Positions 1 to 7,011 of a stretch of DNA of 22,423 nt are shown here, in pieces; position 1 is the first letter of the stretch; each line of letters opens with the position of its first letter. The translations under genes and the position numbers were made by a program. The stretch is from positions 1 to 22,423 of IMG/VR virus record IMGVR_UViG_3300002219_000051; one strand, given 5' to 3'. The notes under the pieces are model-generated. The model ran no database searches, was not told where the DNA came from, and saw nothing but the letters and a program-made list of their open reading frames with translations. Source of the DNA: a virus.

Positions 1-1
1 G

Positions 2-520
2 AGCCGGGACGGGCGGCATCCACTCAAGGCCCGCCGTTTTGCTGGCGTTCGGGTGGATCTGCGCCCACGGATCGGTGCTGATCGGGAGGTTCGCCCACGC
101 GCCCGCCTGCCCGGCAATCAGATCCCCTTTCGTCGCCGTCAGCCCTTCGACCGTGGCGAGGGAGAGCGGGGTGCCGGGGTCGATGTAGAGTACTGTGGCG
201 CTCGCCGGGTAGGCGATAACGCGGACGACAGTGCCTGCGCCGCTCGGGCGGGTCTGGGTGAGGGCTCCGGCGGTCGCTGCCGAGAGGTAGACTGGCGAGC
301 CCGGAGTCCATGCCCACGCGGCGTTGACCTGATAACCAAGTTTCAGGATGCGCCCGGTGCTGCCCGCATCAAGGGCGAGGCCGATCTCGCCGGTGCTCGT
401 CGCCTCGGCGTTTGCCTGTGCTTTCCACCACTTGCCGTCGCTCTTGAGATAAGCGATCTGGTTGACGGCGAGCACCTCGCCGTACGTCTGTCCGGAGATA
501 ATTACTCCTGCGGTTGTCAT
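2..520 (-). CDS. Virion structural protein (head decoration/cement or fibre-like); runs off the left edge
   Basis: Own translation: ATG at 520 overlaps the portal stop (ATGA). MTTAGVIISGQTYGEVLAVNQIAYLKSDGKWWKAQANA...WAWTPGSPVYLSAATAGALTQTRPSG..., open to base 2. Gly/Ala/Thr beta-rich pattern typical of capsid-cement/fibre domains. Absent from the ORF track because it is truncated. Confidence 0.7.
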   Translation of the reverse strand, partial: MTTAGVIISGQTYGEVLAVNQIAYLKSDGKWWKAQANAEATSTGEIGLALDAGSTGRILKLGYQVNAAWAWTPGSPVYLSAATAGALTQTRPSGAGTVVRVIAYPASATVLYIDPGTPLSLATVEGLTATKGDLIAGQAGAWANLPISTDPWAQIHPNASKTAGLEWMPPVPA

Positions 521-3030
521 TCGATCTGCTCCTGCTTGCGCCACTCGTAAAGAGTCGCTTTCGAGATTCCGAGGTGTTCTGAGGTCTGGTTCTTGCTCAT
601 GGTCTTCTCCATACGGGTCAGTAGTTCGTTTAGCGATTCATGCGGCTGCCCGTGCTCAAGGAGGACGGCGGCCTGCTTGGTAGTCGGTTCGATAGTCAAT
701 CCCTTGACGCTCCGGAGTTCTTGGGCTGTGTCGGGGAGATCGTCGGCGAGCGCGAGCCTCTGGTCGCACATGCAATTGTAGGGCTGATCCTCGCCGACGA
801 CATAGATCGTTTTGGGATAGTCCTTCGGCTGCCCTCTGGCGACTCCGCCCGGCACAGTGAACGAGTCCCGCACCGGCACGGTCACGCCGTCCATGACTGA
901 GTGCCATGCCCGGGAGCGCCCGGGGATCTTGCGGCTCTTCCACGTCTTGCCCTTGAGCAGGTGCTCGGTCTCCTCCGCGAGTGCCTGCTTGCCGTAGCGC
1001 TGCGCCCCCATGATCTCCGTCCTTGCGACGAGGCGGGCGTGGTCTGAGGTCATGCCGGAGATCGTCTCCTGCAGCGCCCGCCATGCGTCGGTGATGTTGC
1101 CGCCATCGGCGACTACTCGCGTCAGAGCGCCCCGCACTGCATCTTTGACACTATCCTCGACGCCGCGCATGTTCCGGGCCGCCCGTTGCTGCAAGAGGCG
1201 GAATGCGAAGGTCTGCGTGACGTCGAAGGCTTTGGTGATGGTGACGCGGTAGAGGCTCTTGCCGATCCTGCCTTCGAGTTCCTGCTCCAGCCTCCGGCTT
1301 TCGAGGTCGATGCCATGTTGGAGGGCATCGGCCCGGGGCTCGGCAGTGATGGCGATCAGGTCGTCGGCGATCGTGATCTGGTCGAGGACTGCGTCGAGGT
1401 CCACGGCCGCCCGGGTGCTGTCGTCGCTGCGATCTGCGGGGAACGCGGCCTCGATCGCGGGCTTGAGCGCCTGCAGAGAATCAGAGAATACTCCGGAGAC
1501 CCGGCGGTCGAGTGCTGCGATCCGGCTCCGCCACTCGGGCGGCTCCTCGTCATCGGGGGCGGCCTTCATCGCGGCAAGGGCTTTTGCGACTGGGTTCGTG
1601 GAGGAGAGGAACGCCCCGCCGCCGTAGAGGGGCTCGGGGGCGTTCTCCATGCCGAGTAACTCCCCGGCGAACCACTCCGGGTGCATCCGGGCGAGGGAGT
1701 CCATCAGCGCGAGAGGCATGTCGCCCCACGGGACCGGGTCATCGCCACGCTCGACCAAAATGCGGTTCGGTGTCGCGAGCCCGAGCCGGAGATCGCTCTC
1801 CTGCTCCGCCCGCCGCTGCCGCTCGATAACGGGGTTGTGGGGGTCCCAGGTGAACGCGACCTCGCCGCTGACATCCCAATACGCCTCCATGAAGGGGAGG
1901 ATCGAGCGGTTGATGGCGTTCCGGAGGAGTTCGAGGAGAGGTAACGTCGTCTTGCGCCAGACCGCTTCGGCCTGCTCCTGCGCTGTGCTCCGGTTCACAT
2001 CCTGCACGTAGCCGACCTCGGAGGGACTGAGGCCGAACGTCATCCACACGAGGCCGTTATACCACTCCTGTGAGGCGAGGAACTCTAACTCGCGGGGAGA
2101 GGCGCGGAAGGGTATCCACTGGATGTTCTTCGCCCCGAGGATCGGCATCTTGTGCGGCTGCCCGGCGATCTCGCTGCTCCAGTATTCGCGGAAGCGTTCG
2201 ATCTCGTCGCCGGATGCTTCGACGAGGTTTAAGGCTCCTTCCGGCACCTCGTTGGCGGGGAAGTAGTGGAGGTTGCTCGCATCCTGGTTGATGAGGATCT
2301 CGACGAGCCGGGCGACCTTCTGGATGCGGCTATACCCATACGTGCGCCACGTCTGCGGGTTCTCCTCGGTCCAGATAATCTGGTCGCGGGAGAAGGGGAT
2401 CGGGGTGATGGCCCGGTATCCCACTCCTCCCTGCAGCCCGAGCGAGGCGATCTGATCTCGCCCAGGGAGACCGCGGAGGTTGGCGAGCCCGCCCTCCGCG
2501 ATCCCGGCCTGTGCCCCGACCTGATAGTAGGCGGGGGAGTCGTCGCCGGGGAGCGGGAGGCGGCCGAACTCGTCAGGGGATTTGGTGAACGTAGCCCCGT
2601 CGCGGGCGTAAATCTCTTGCAGCCAGCCATCTTCGCCCGGGACGAGTTCGAGCACTCCGGCGTCGATGGCGAGGATATCGGAGAGCCACGCCTTGCACAG
2701 GCTATCGAACGTGCCCGGATTACTCCCGAACCCGCCGTCCAGAAAGTCGATGATCTCATCGCAGGCGGCTGCGTGCTTGCTCGTCGGGTTGTCGATAGTC
2801 GGGGCGACGGTCCACTCAGTTGTCGTGATCTGACCCTTCACGGTGTCGAGCGGGACACTGACGGTATGGGTGAGGGAGAGCGCCCGGATCGCGAGCAGGT
2901 CTTCGTAGCGCGGGACGCCTCTGCCGGGAGAGTACCAGATGTTCTGGAGATCCTTTCCGGCAGGCTGCTTGGGGATGCCGTTAAAGGTGCGGATGCCGTT
3001 GCCCTTGAGCCCGGGTGCGACTACTGCCAT
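517..3030 (-). CDS. Portal protein (HK97-like) fused to a MuF head-morphogenesis domain and a C-terminal HTH
   Basis: Portal motifs WLSDILAIDAGVLELV, PEGALNL, ELEFLASQEW...TFGLSPSEVG; MuF motifs ARLVARTE, KTWKS...RSRAWHSVMDG, PYNCMC; HTH SKNQTSEHLGISKATLYEWRK; GGAGG SD; position after TerL. Confidence 0.9.
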   Translation of the reverse strand: MAVVAPGLKGNGIRTFNGIPKQPAGKDLQNIWYSPGRGVPRYEDLLAIRALSLTHTVSVPLDTVKGQITTTEWTVAPTIDNPTSKHAAACDEIIDFLDGGFGSNPGTFDSLCKAWLSDILAIDAGVLELVPGEDGWLQEIYARDGATFTKSPDEFGRLPLPGDDSPAYYQVGAQAGIAEGGLANLRGLPGRDQIASLGLQGGVGYRAITPIPFSRDQIIWTEENPQTWRTYGYSRIQKVARLVEILINQDASNLHYFPANEVPEGALNLVEASGDEIERFREYWSSEIAGQPHKMPILGAKNIQWIPFRASPRELEFLASQEWYNGLVWMTFGLSPSEVGYVQDVNRSTAQEQAEAVWRKTTLPLLELLRNAINRSILPFMEAYWDVSGEVAFTWDPHNPVIERQRRAEQESDLRLGLATPNRILVERGDDPVPWGDMPLALMDSLARMHPEWFAGELLGMENAPEPLYGGGAFLSSTNPVAKALAAMKAAPDDEEPPEWRSRIAALDRRVSGVFSDSLQALKPAIEAAFPADRSDDSTRAAVDLDAVLDQITIADDLIAITAEPRADALQHGIDLESRRLEQELEGRIGKSLYRVTITKAFDVTQTFAFRLLQQRAARNMRGVEDSVKDAVRGALTRVVADGGNITDAWRALQETISGMTSDHARLVARTEIMGAQRYGKQALAEETEHLLKGKTWKSRKIPGRSRAWHSVMDGVTVPVRDSFTVPGGVARGQPKDYPKTIYVVGEDQPYNCMCDQRLALADDLPDTAQELRSVKGLTIEPTTKQAAVLLEHGQPHESLNELLTRMEKTMSKNQTSEHLGISKATLYEWRKQEQIE

Positions 3031-3377
3031 CCGGCCTCCTCGGCTGCCTTGACGACCGGGAGCAGGTGCGCCTTGATATCTGCCGGTGCGAGGCGGCGGA
3101 TCTCGGCGATGTCACGGGTCACGATGTGCAAGGCTTTCATCGGCGGGGCATCGGCGAGGCTCTCGACAATCTTGGTTATCTTGTCATCAGTCGCGCCCTC
3201 CCGGACGATCCAGACGTAGACGCGCCCTGGCTCGTCGGTGAGGGTGGCGACGTAGTCGACCGGCGGTGCAGGCTGCGGCACGCGGACCTCCTGCGGGATT
3301 GCGACGATGCGGACAGGTGCCGCGACTCCGAGGAGCCGGGCGAGGTTGGTGATGAGGGTTTCGCGGATAGTGGTCAC
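3021..3377 (-). CDS. Hypothetical protein (118 aa) between TerL and portal
   Basis: GTG at 3377 preceded by GGAGA, 2 nt after the TerL stop; the 3' end overlaps the portal start. Confidence 0.75.
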   Translation of the reverse strand: MTTIRETLITNLARLLGVAAPVRIVAIPQEVRVPQPAPPVDYVATLTDEPGRVYVWIVREGATDDKITKIVESLADAPPMKALHIVTRDIAEIRRLAPADIKAHLLPVVKAAEEAGWQ

Positions 3378-3379
3378 GG

Positions 3380-4636
3380 TTATCTCCTGCTGACGGTGCC
3401 AAACGAGAGCGACGGGGTCTCGCCGGTGAGTTCGGTAATCGCCCATACGAGGGCGTCCATACGATCGGGGGAGTCGTCGTCAGGGACCCACTCACACATC
3501 TGATCTTCGAGGTCGGGGAACGCGCCGACGTGGTGCACCTCACCCTTCTCATAGAGCGCGGCGATGGGCTCGGCCCGGATGTACTTGCCCCGGGATGCGG
3601 TGACCTTCTTGAACGGAAGGGACTTGGCGACGGTGCGGAGGTTGACCTCGACAAGATCGCCGCCGTTGTTCACCTCGCCGATCACCCGGTCAGCCTTGTG
3701 CCTGTCTGCCGCCCATGCGACGCGCTTGGCCCAGTCGAGCGGGGAGCCTCTGACGGAGTAGTCACCGAGCACGTAGAGGTGCCCGAGAGCGTCCCTGCCG
3801 ACGGCGACGATCCCGGTCTCGTCACTCGATGCGTTCCCGGTGACGGCAGGGTCTACCCCGATCACGATGCGCTTGAGATCCGGGAGTTTCCCGACGTGCC
3901 GGTGGTCGTCGATCATGCTCCGCTTCCAGAGCGCTCCTTCGGGGTCGTCGAGCCACTCGCCGTCAAGGAACCGGCGGCGCTTGCGTTCGGGCAGGGAGGC
4001 GAGCGTATCCTCGATGTAGCCGTCCGGCAGGTTCTCCCGGTTGTCGATCGGGTTCATGTCGAGGACGGCGTAGCGGCCAGGGTTCGGGACCGGGACGCGG
4101 GTCTCCGGGTCGATATGCTCCAGGAAGAGTTTGTGCAGCCAGTGGCTCTTTGTCGGCGGGTTGCAGTCCACGTATGCCCGGTTGACGAGACAGGTCTTCT
4201 GCGCGAGGCGGGTCTGTGCCGTGGTGTATGCGTGGTAGGAGATCTGGGACGACTCGTTGTAGTAGATCGTCGAATACTCCATGCCGAGGATTTTCTCGAC
4301 CCGCTCGTCGTCGTCGAGCCCGCCGAGCCATATCTCGGAGCCGTTGGGGAGGGTAAAGAACCAGTCTGTCTTGTCGAGCGTGTAGGGGGTGCCGATGAGC
4401 TTCAGGACCTTCGGCATCGTGTCCCGCCCGACCGCGTTTTTCACGTCGCGGAAGTGGAACCGGAGGATCGCGTGTCGGGAGCCCGCGGCCTTGAGTGCCC
4501 GGACCACGACGGCATAGCATGCGATGAAGGTCTTGCCAGAGCGGGAGCCGCCGGAGAGGAGGATGGAGCGGATCTCCGGGTCCGTCATGAGGGCGATCGC
4601 GCGGCGCTGCTTGGGGGTCTTCTTGATGCCGCTCAT
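3380..4636 (-). CDS. terL: Terminase large subunit
   Basis: Walker A LLSGGSRSGKT, Walker B IYYNESSQ, VDCNPP, RNase H-like nuclease VIGVDPA and DRMDALVWA. Confidence 0.96.
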   Translation of the reverse strand: MSGIKKTPKQRRAIALMTDPEIRSILLSGGSRSGKTFIACYAVVVRALKAAGSRHAILRFHFRDVKNAVGRDTMPKVLKLIGTPYTLDKTDWFFTLPNGSEIWLGGLDDDERVEKILGMEYSTIYYNESSQISYHAYTTAQTRLAQKTCLVNRAYVDCNPPTKSHWLHKLFLEHIDPETRVPVPNPGRYAVLDMNPIDNRENLPDGYIEDTLASLPERKRRRFLDGEWLDDPEGALWKRSMIDDHRHVGKLPDLKRIVIGVDPAVTGNASSDETGIVAVGRDALGHLYVLGDYSVRGSPLDWAKRVAWAADRHKADRVIGEVNNGGDLVEVNLRTVAKSLPFKKVTASRGKYIRAEPIAALYEKGEVHHVGAFPDLEDQMCEWVPDDDSPDRMDALVWAITELTGETPSLSFGTVSRR

Positions 4637-5052
4637 AGGTCCTCGTCTTCCTTATCGAAGTGGAGTTCCGCGATGCCATTCACATCGACCTTCTGCGCCG
4701 CGTCGAGGCCGAGGAGCTTCGCCCGGCGCTCCTGCACCCGGAGGCAGCGGTCGATCGCGGGCAGGTCACCCCCCTCGACGGCTTCCCATGCTTTCAGATA
4801 CAGAGCGTCGAGCCGCTGGAGTTCGAGGTCCCGGACCTGTGCTGCCTCCTCCAAGCACTCCTTCGCGAGGAGGTTGAGCTCCTTCATCACGGCTTTGTGT
4901 GCGTCGCCCCGGCTGCTGTACCCGAGCGTCTGCGCGATCGCCTCGTAGCGCACCCCCTTCTTGCGGAGTTCAAGCGCCTTCTTTGCCCGCTCCTTCGCCT
5001 CGATCCTGCGCTGCGCGGTCGGGGAGTTCCGGCCGAGTTGGGCTTTCGCCAT
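4633..5052 (-). CDS. terS: Terminase small subunit (HTH)
   Basis: Directly upstream of TerL with ATGA overlap; HTH ALELRKKGVRYEAIAQTLGYSS; helical RRAKLLGLD core. Confidence 0.8.
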   Translation of the reverse strand: MAKAQLGRNSPTAQRRIEAKERAKKALELRKKGVRYEAIAQTLGYSSRGDAHKAVMKELNLLAKECLEEAAQVRDLELQRLDALYLKAWEAVEGGDLPAIDRCLRVQERRAKLLGLDAAQKVDVNGIAELHFDKEDEDL

Positions 5053-5064
5053 GTCCAAAAAAGA

Positions 5065-5424
5065 TTAGTCGCGGCCTCCGCCGGCGACCTGCCCCCACTC
5101 GACCACATAGTAGCCGCCGGGGTAGGAGATGGTGTAGCGGATCTTGCCTGCTTCCTCGGCGTTGATGATCTGCTCCTCGATCGCCGCACGGGTCGCGGCG
5201 GGATGCCCCTGGAGGATGAACTGCTTGACGCTCTCGCCCATGACGTAGGAGCGCATCGGCACGGATGCCGGCGGGATGGCCTCCGGCGAGGCGGGATCGA
5301 AGAACGCGATAGCCTGCTCCTTCTCGGCGGTCGCGGCGGCCGCCTGTCGCCTCTGCCACCACGCATAGAGCGCGGAGACGATGGCGATGAGAAGAGTGAT
5401 GATCTGTTCGGTGTTAGTATCCAC
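5065..5424 (-). CDS. Membrane-anchored hypothetical protein, first gene of the late operon
   Basis: N-terminal hydrophobic helix IITLLIAIVSALYAWW; GTG start with GAGGTG SD. Confidence 0.75.
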   Translation of the reverse strand: MDTNTEQIITLLIAIVSALYAWWQRRQAAAATAEKEQAIAFFDPASPEAIPPASVPMRSYVMGESVKQFILQGHPAATRAAIEEQIINAEEAGKIRYTISYPGGYYVVEWGQVAGGGRD

Positions 5425-5435
5425 TGGTGCACCTC

Positions 5436-5498
5436 TAAAAATTACTTATAAGAGTATCGACTTGAGAGAAGAAAAGGTAGACCGTTTTTAGTAATTTT
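5436..5498 (-). promoter_or_regulatory. Putative late promoter region
   Basis: AT-rich intergenic island; CTTATAAG (5445-5452) TATA-like element; 9-bp inverted repeat aaaattact (5438-5446) / agtaatttt (5490-5498); pyrimidine tract on the minus strand at ~5465-5480. Confidence 0.5.
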
Positions 5499-5499
5499 A

Positions 5500-5649
5500 C
5501 TACTTTGCCGGGAGTATCTCTCGGAGCAGGGCCGAGTATGACCGCTTCCCCCGGACCACTTTGAGCGCGGCGAGGTGGGCCACGATGTCCCGGTCCAGTT
5601 TCACCGTGACGAGGCCATCATCGGAGGTAGGGGCGGGCGGAGTGGTCAT
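5500..5649 (-). CDS. Ribbon-helix-helix (CopG/Arc-like) regulator, 49 aa
   Basis: VTVKLDRDIVAHLAALKVVRGKRSYSALLREIL fits strand-helix-helix; ATG 5649 with GAGGTG SD and ATGA overlap. Confidence 0.75.
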   Translation of the reverse strand: MTTPPAPTSDDGLVTVKLDRDIVAHLAALKVVRGKRSYSALLREILPAK

Positions 5650-5888
5650 AAACAGCACCTCACGAACCCGAACCAGATCGCCACGTGCAGCGCGACTCCG
5701 CAGAGCGCGATCCAACCCATACAGATCCAGAATAGGATCTTATCGATGAGGTCACCGTGGGTTGTCCCTCGCCCCCCAACATAATATCGATCCAGACAGT
5801 CTCCGCACATAGTAGGGCACCCATCCAGTTGTCCTTGTGAGTCAGGAACCGGGCCGCCGCACATATGACAGCGCCGAGAGGGGGTCAC
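5646..5888 (-). CDS. Zinc-finger protein with C-terminal transmembrane segment
   Basis: CHMC...MCGDC pairs; hydrophobic tail ILFWICMGWIALCGVALHVAIWFGFV; overlaps neighbours at both ends. Confidence 0.65.
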   Translation of the reverse strand: MTPSRRCHMCGGPVPDSQGQLDGCPTMCGDCLDRYYVGGRGTTHGDLIDKILFWICMGWIALCGVALHVAIWFGFVRCCL

Positions 5889-6160
5889 GGCGACCGCCTC
5901 CAGTCGAGGTTAGAGGCCGAGGTGCCGTCGGTCGTGCTCCGAGCGTAACGCGGCGGGCCGTTGAGGTCGATGGTCGCGGGCGGCCGCCAGTCGGGACCGT
6001 CCTGTTCGAGGGGGCACCAGTCTGGGATGAGGGGGAAGTCGGTGAACTTTCGACAGCGGAGGATGCCGCCCTCATCGCACCACTGGCTTGCCCGGCAGCT
6101 CCGGGAGCCGGCGGTATGAGGGCACTCGTCGCAGAGTTCGACACGGATGATCCTGGTCAT
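5885..6160 (-). CDS. Cys-rich hypothetical protein (91 aa)
   Basis: CDECPH...C...C...IPDWCPL; ATG 6160 overlaps the upstream stop (ATGA). Confidence 0.7.
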   Translation of the reverse strand: MTRIIRVELCDECPHTAGSRSCRASQWCDEGGILRCRKFTDFPLIPDWCPLEQDGPDWRPPATIDLNGPPRYARSTTDGTSASNLDWRRSP

Positions 6161-6687
6161 GCCCGGCCCCCCGTCAGCCCCTCGGCGAGGTTCTCCCATC
6201 GGTGATCGTCCCCGCTGCAGAGGTGGTCGCGGTAGTGCACGGCAAGGCTTGATAGGGAGAGGATCTGGAACTCGTCCGGATACTTCGCTGCGGTGAGGAT
6301 GCCGTCACTCACCAACCTCCCCCATGCATTGAGCTCTGCCATCTGTCGCAGCACCGCGAGCAGGTCGCTCCACCGGAGCACCGCGAGCGGCTCCTCCCTG
6401 TTCCGCTTGAACACCAACAATGGGACGAGCCCTACTTTTGAGGCGTTGGTCTCGCATTGTTTCCACCAGGACCAGAGCACGACCTGCTCCTGCCGCTTGG
6501 CCTCGACACCGTAGGGGAAGCGAGACCGGGCCGCCGGGGAGAGGTAGAGGTCGCACCCCCCCTGCCCCATCGCAGTCGAGAGGATGTCGTCGGGGTTAAT
6601 GCCCAGGTGGTTAATGAGATCCTCCCGGAGGGACTGCTGAAACACCCTGCCCTTACTCTTACGAGTGGCCGGAGTGGATGCCGTCAT
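6157..6687 (-). CDS. PD-(D/E)xK nuclease, Holliday-junction-resolvase-like
   Basis: KSKGRVFQQ, GCDLY, GVEAKRQE, PLLVFKRNR motifs; located downstream of the helicase. Confidence 0.8.
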   Translation of the reverse strand: MTASTPATRKSKGRVFQQSLREDLINHLGINPDDILSTAMGQGGCDLYLSPAARSRFPYGVEAKRQEQVVLWSWWKQCETNASKVGLVPLLVFKRNREEPLAVLRWSDLLAVLRQMAELNAWGRLVSDGILTAAKYPDEFQILSLSSLAVHYRDHLCSGDDHRWENLAEGLTGGRA

Positions 6688-7011
6688 TTAGACCCCTCCA
6701 GATGCCGGGACACATGGGACACTTACTAACGTAACTTTTTGTACATTTTTCTCGTGGAGAACTCCTGATACTATGTGCCCCATGTGTCCTCGGGACACAT
6801 AGGACAGATAAATGCGGGAACTTTCCCCACACCCATGAGTCTCGCAACTCCTGTTACTATCTGCCCTAAGTGCCCCTCGGGGCACATAGGACACATAGGA
6901 CACATTTTTACAGGAACTTTTCTGGAGTCCTCGCCCCGTGATACTTTCCGTTGCTATCTGTCCCATCTGCCCCACCTCACAGACCTGCTTGTGCCGAACC
7001 TGCTGCCGCAT
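6688..7011 (-). CDS. Possible 107-aa ORF spanning the iteron array
   Basis: Open frame whose GQMGQ/VSYVSYVP/GHMGH/VPCVP repeats are translations of the DNA repeats. Its TAA abuts the next ATG. The product may be non-functional. Confidence 0.4.
   Translation of the reverse strand: MRQQVRHKQVCEVGQMGQIATESITGRGLQKSSCKNVSYVSYVPRGALRADSNRSCETHGCGESSRIYLSYVSRGHMGHIVSGVLHEKNVQKVTLVSVPCVPASGGV
6707..6973. repeat. Iteron-like direct and inverted repeats; candidate replication origin
   Basis: GGRCACATRGGACAS at 6708-6722, 6793-6807 and 6889-6903, each followed after 7 nt by C..AACTTT; inverted copies at 6772-6789 and 6954-6973; ~45-bp imperfect direct repeat with 86-bp period (6760/6846). Confidence 0.7.

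Noticed and set aside
3530-4948. 472-aa plus-strand ORF (also 2266-3219, 4660-5451, 8036-8797, 10356-11075, 19226-20095, 21477-22283 and similar)
   Set aside because: Antisense shadows of well-supported genes in GC-rich DNA; no motifs, SD or operon logic.
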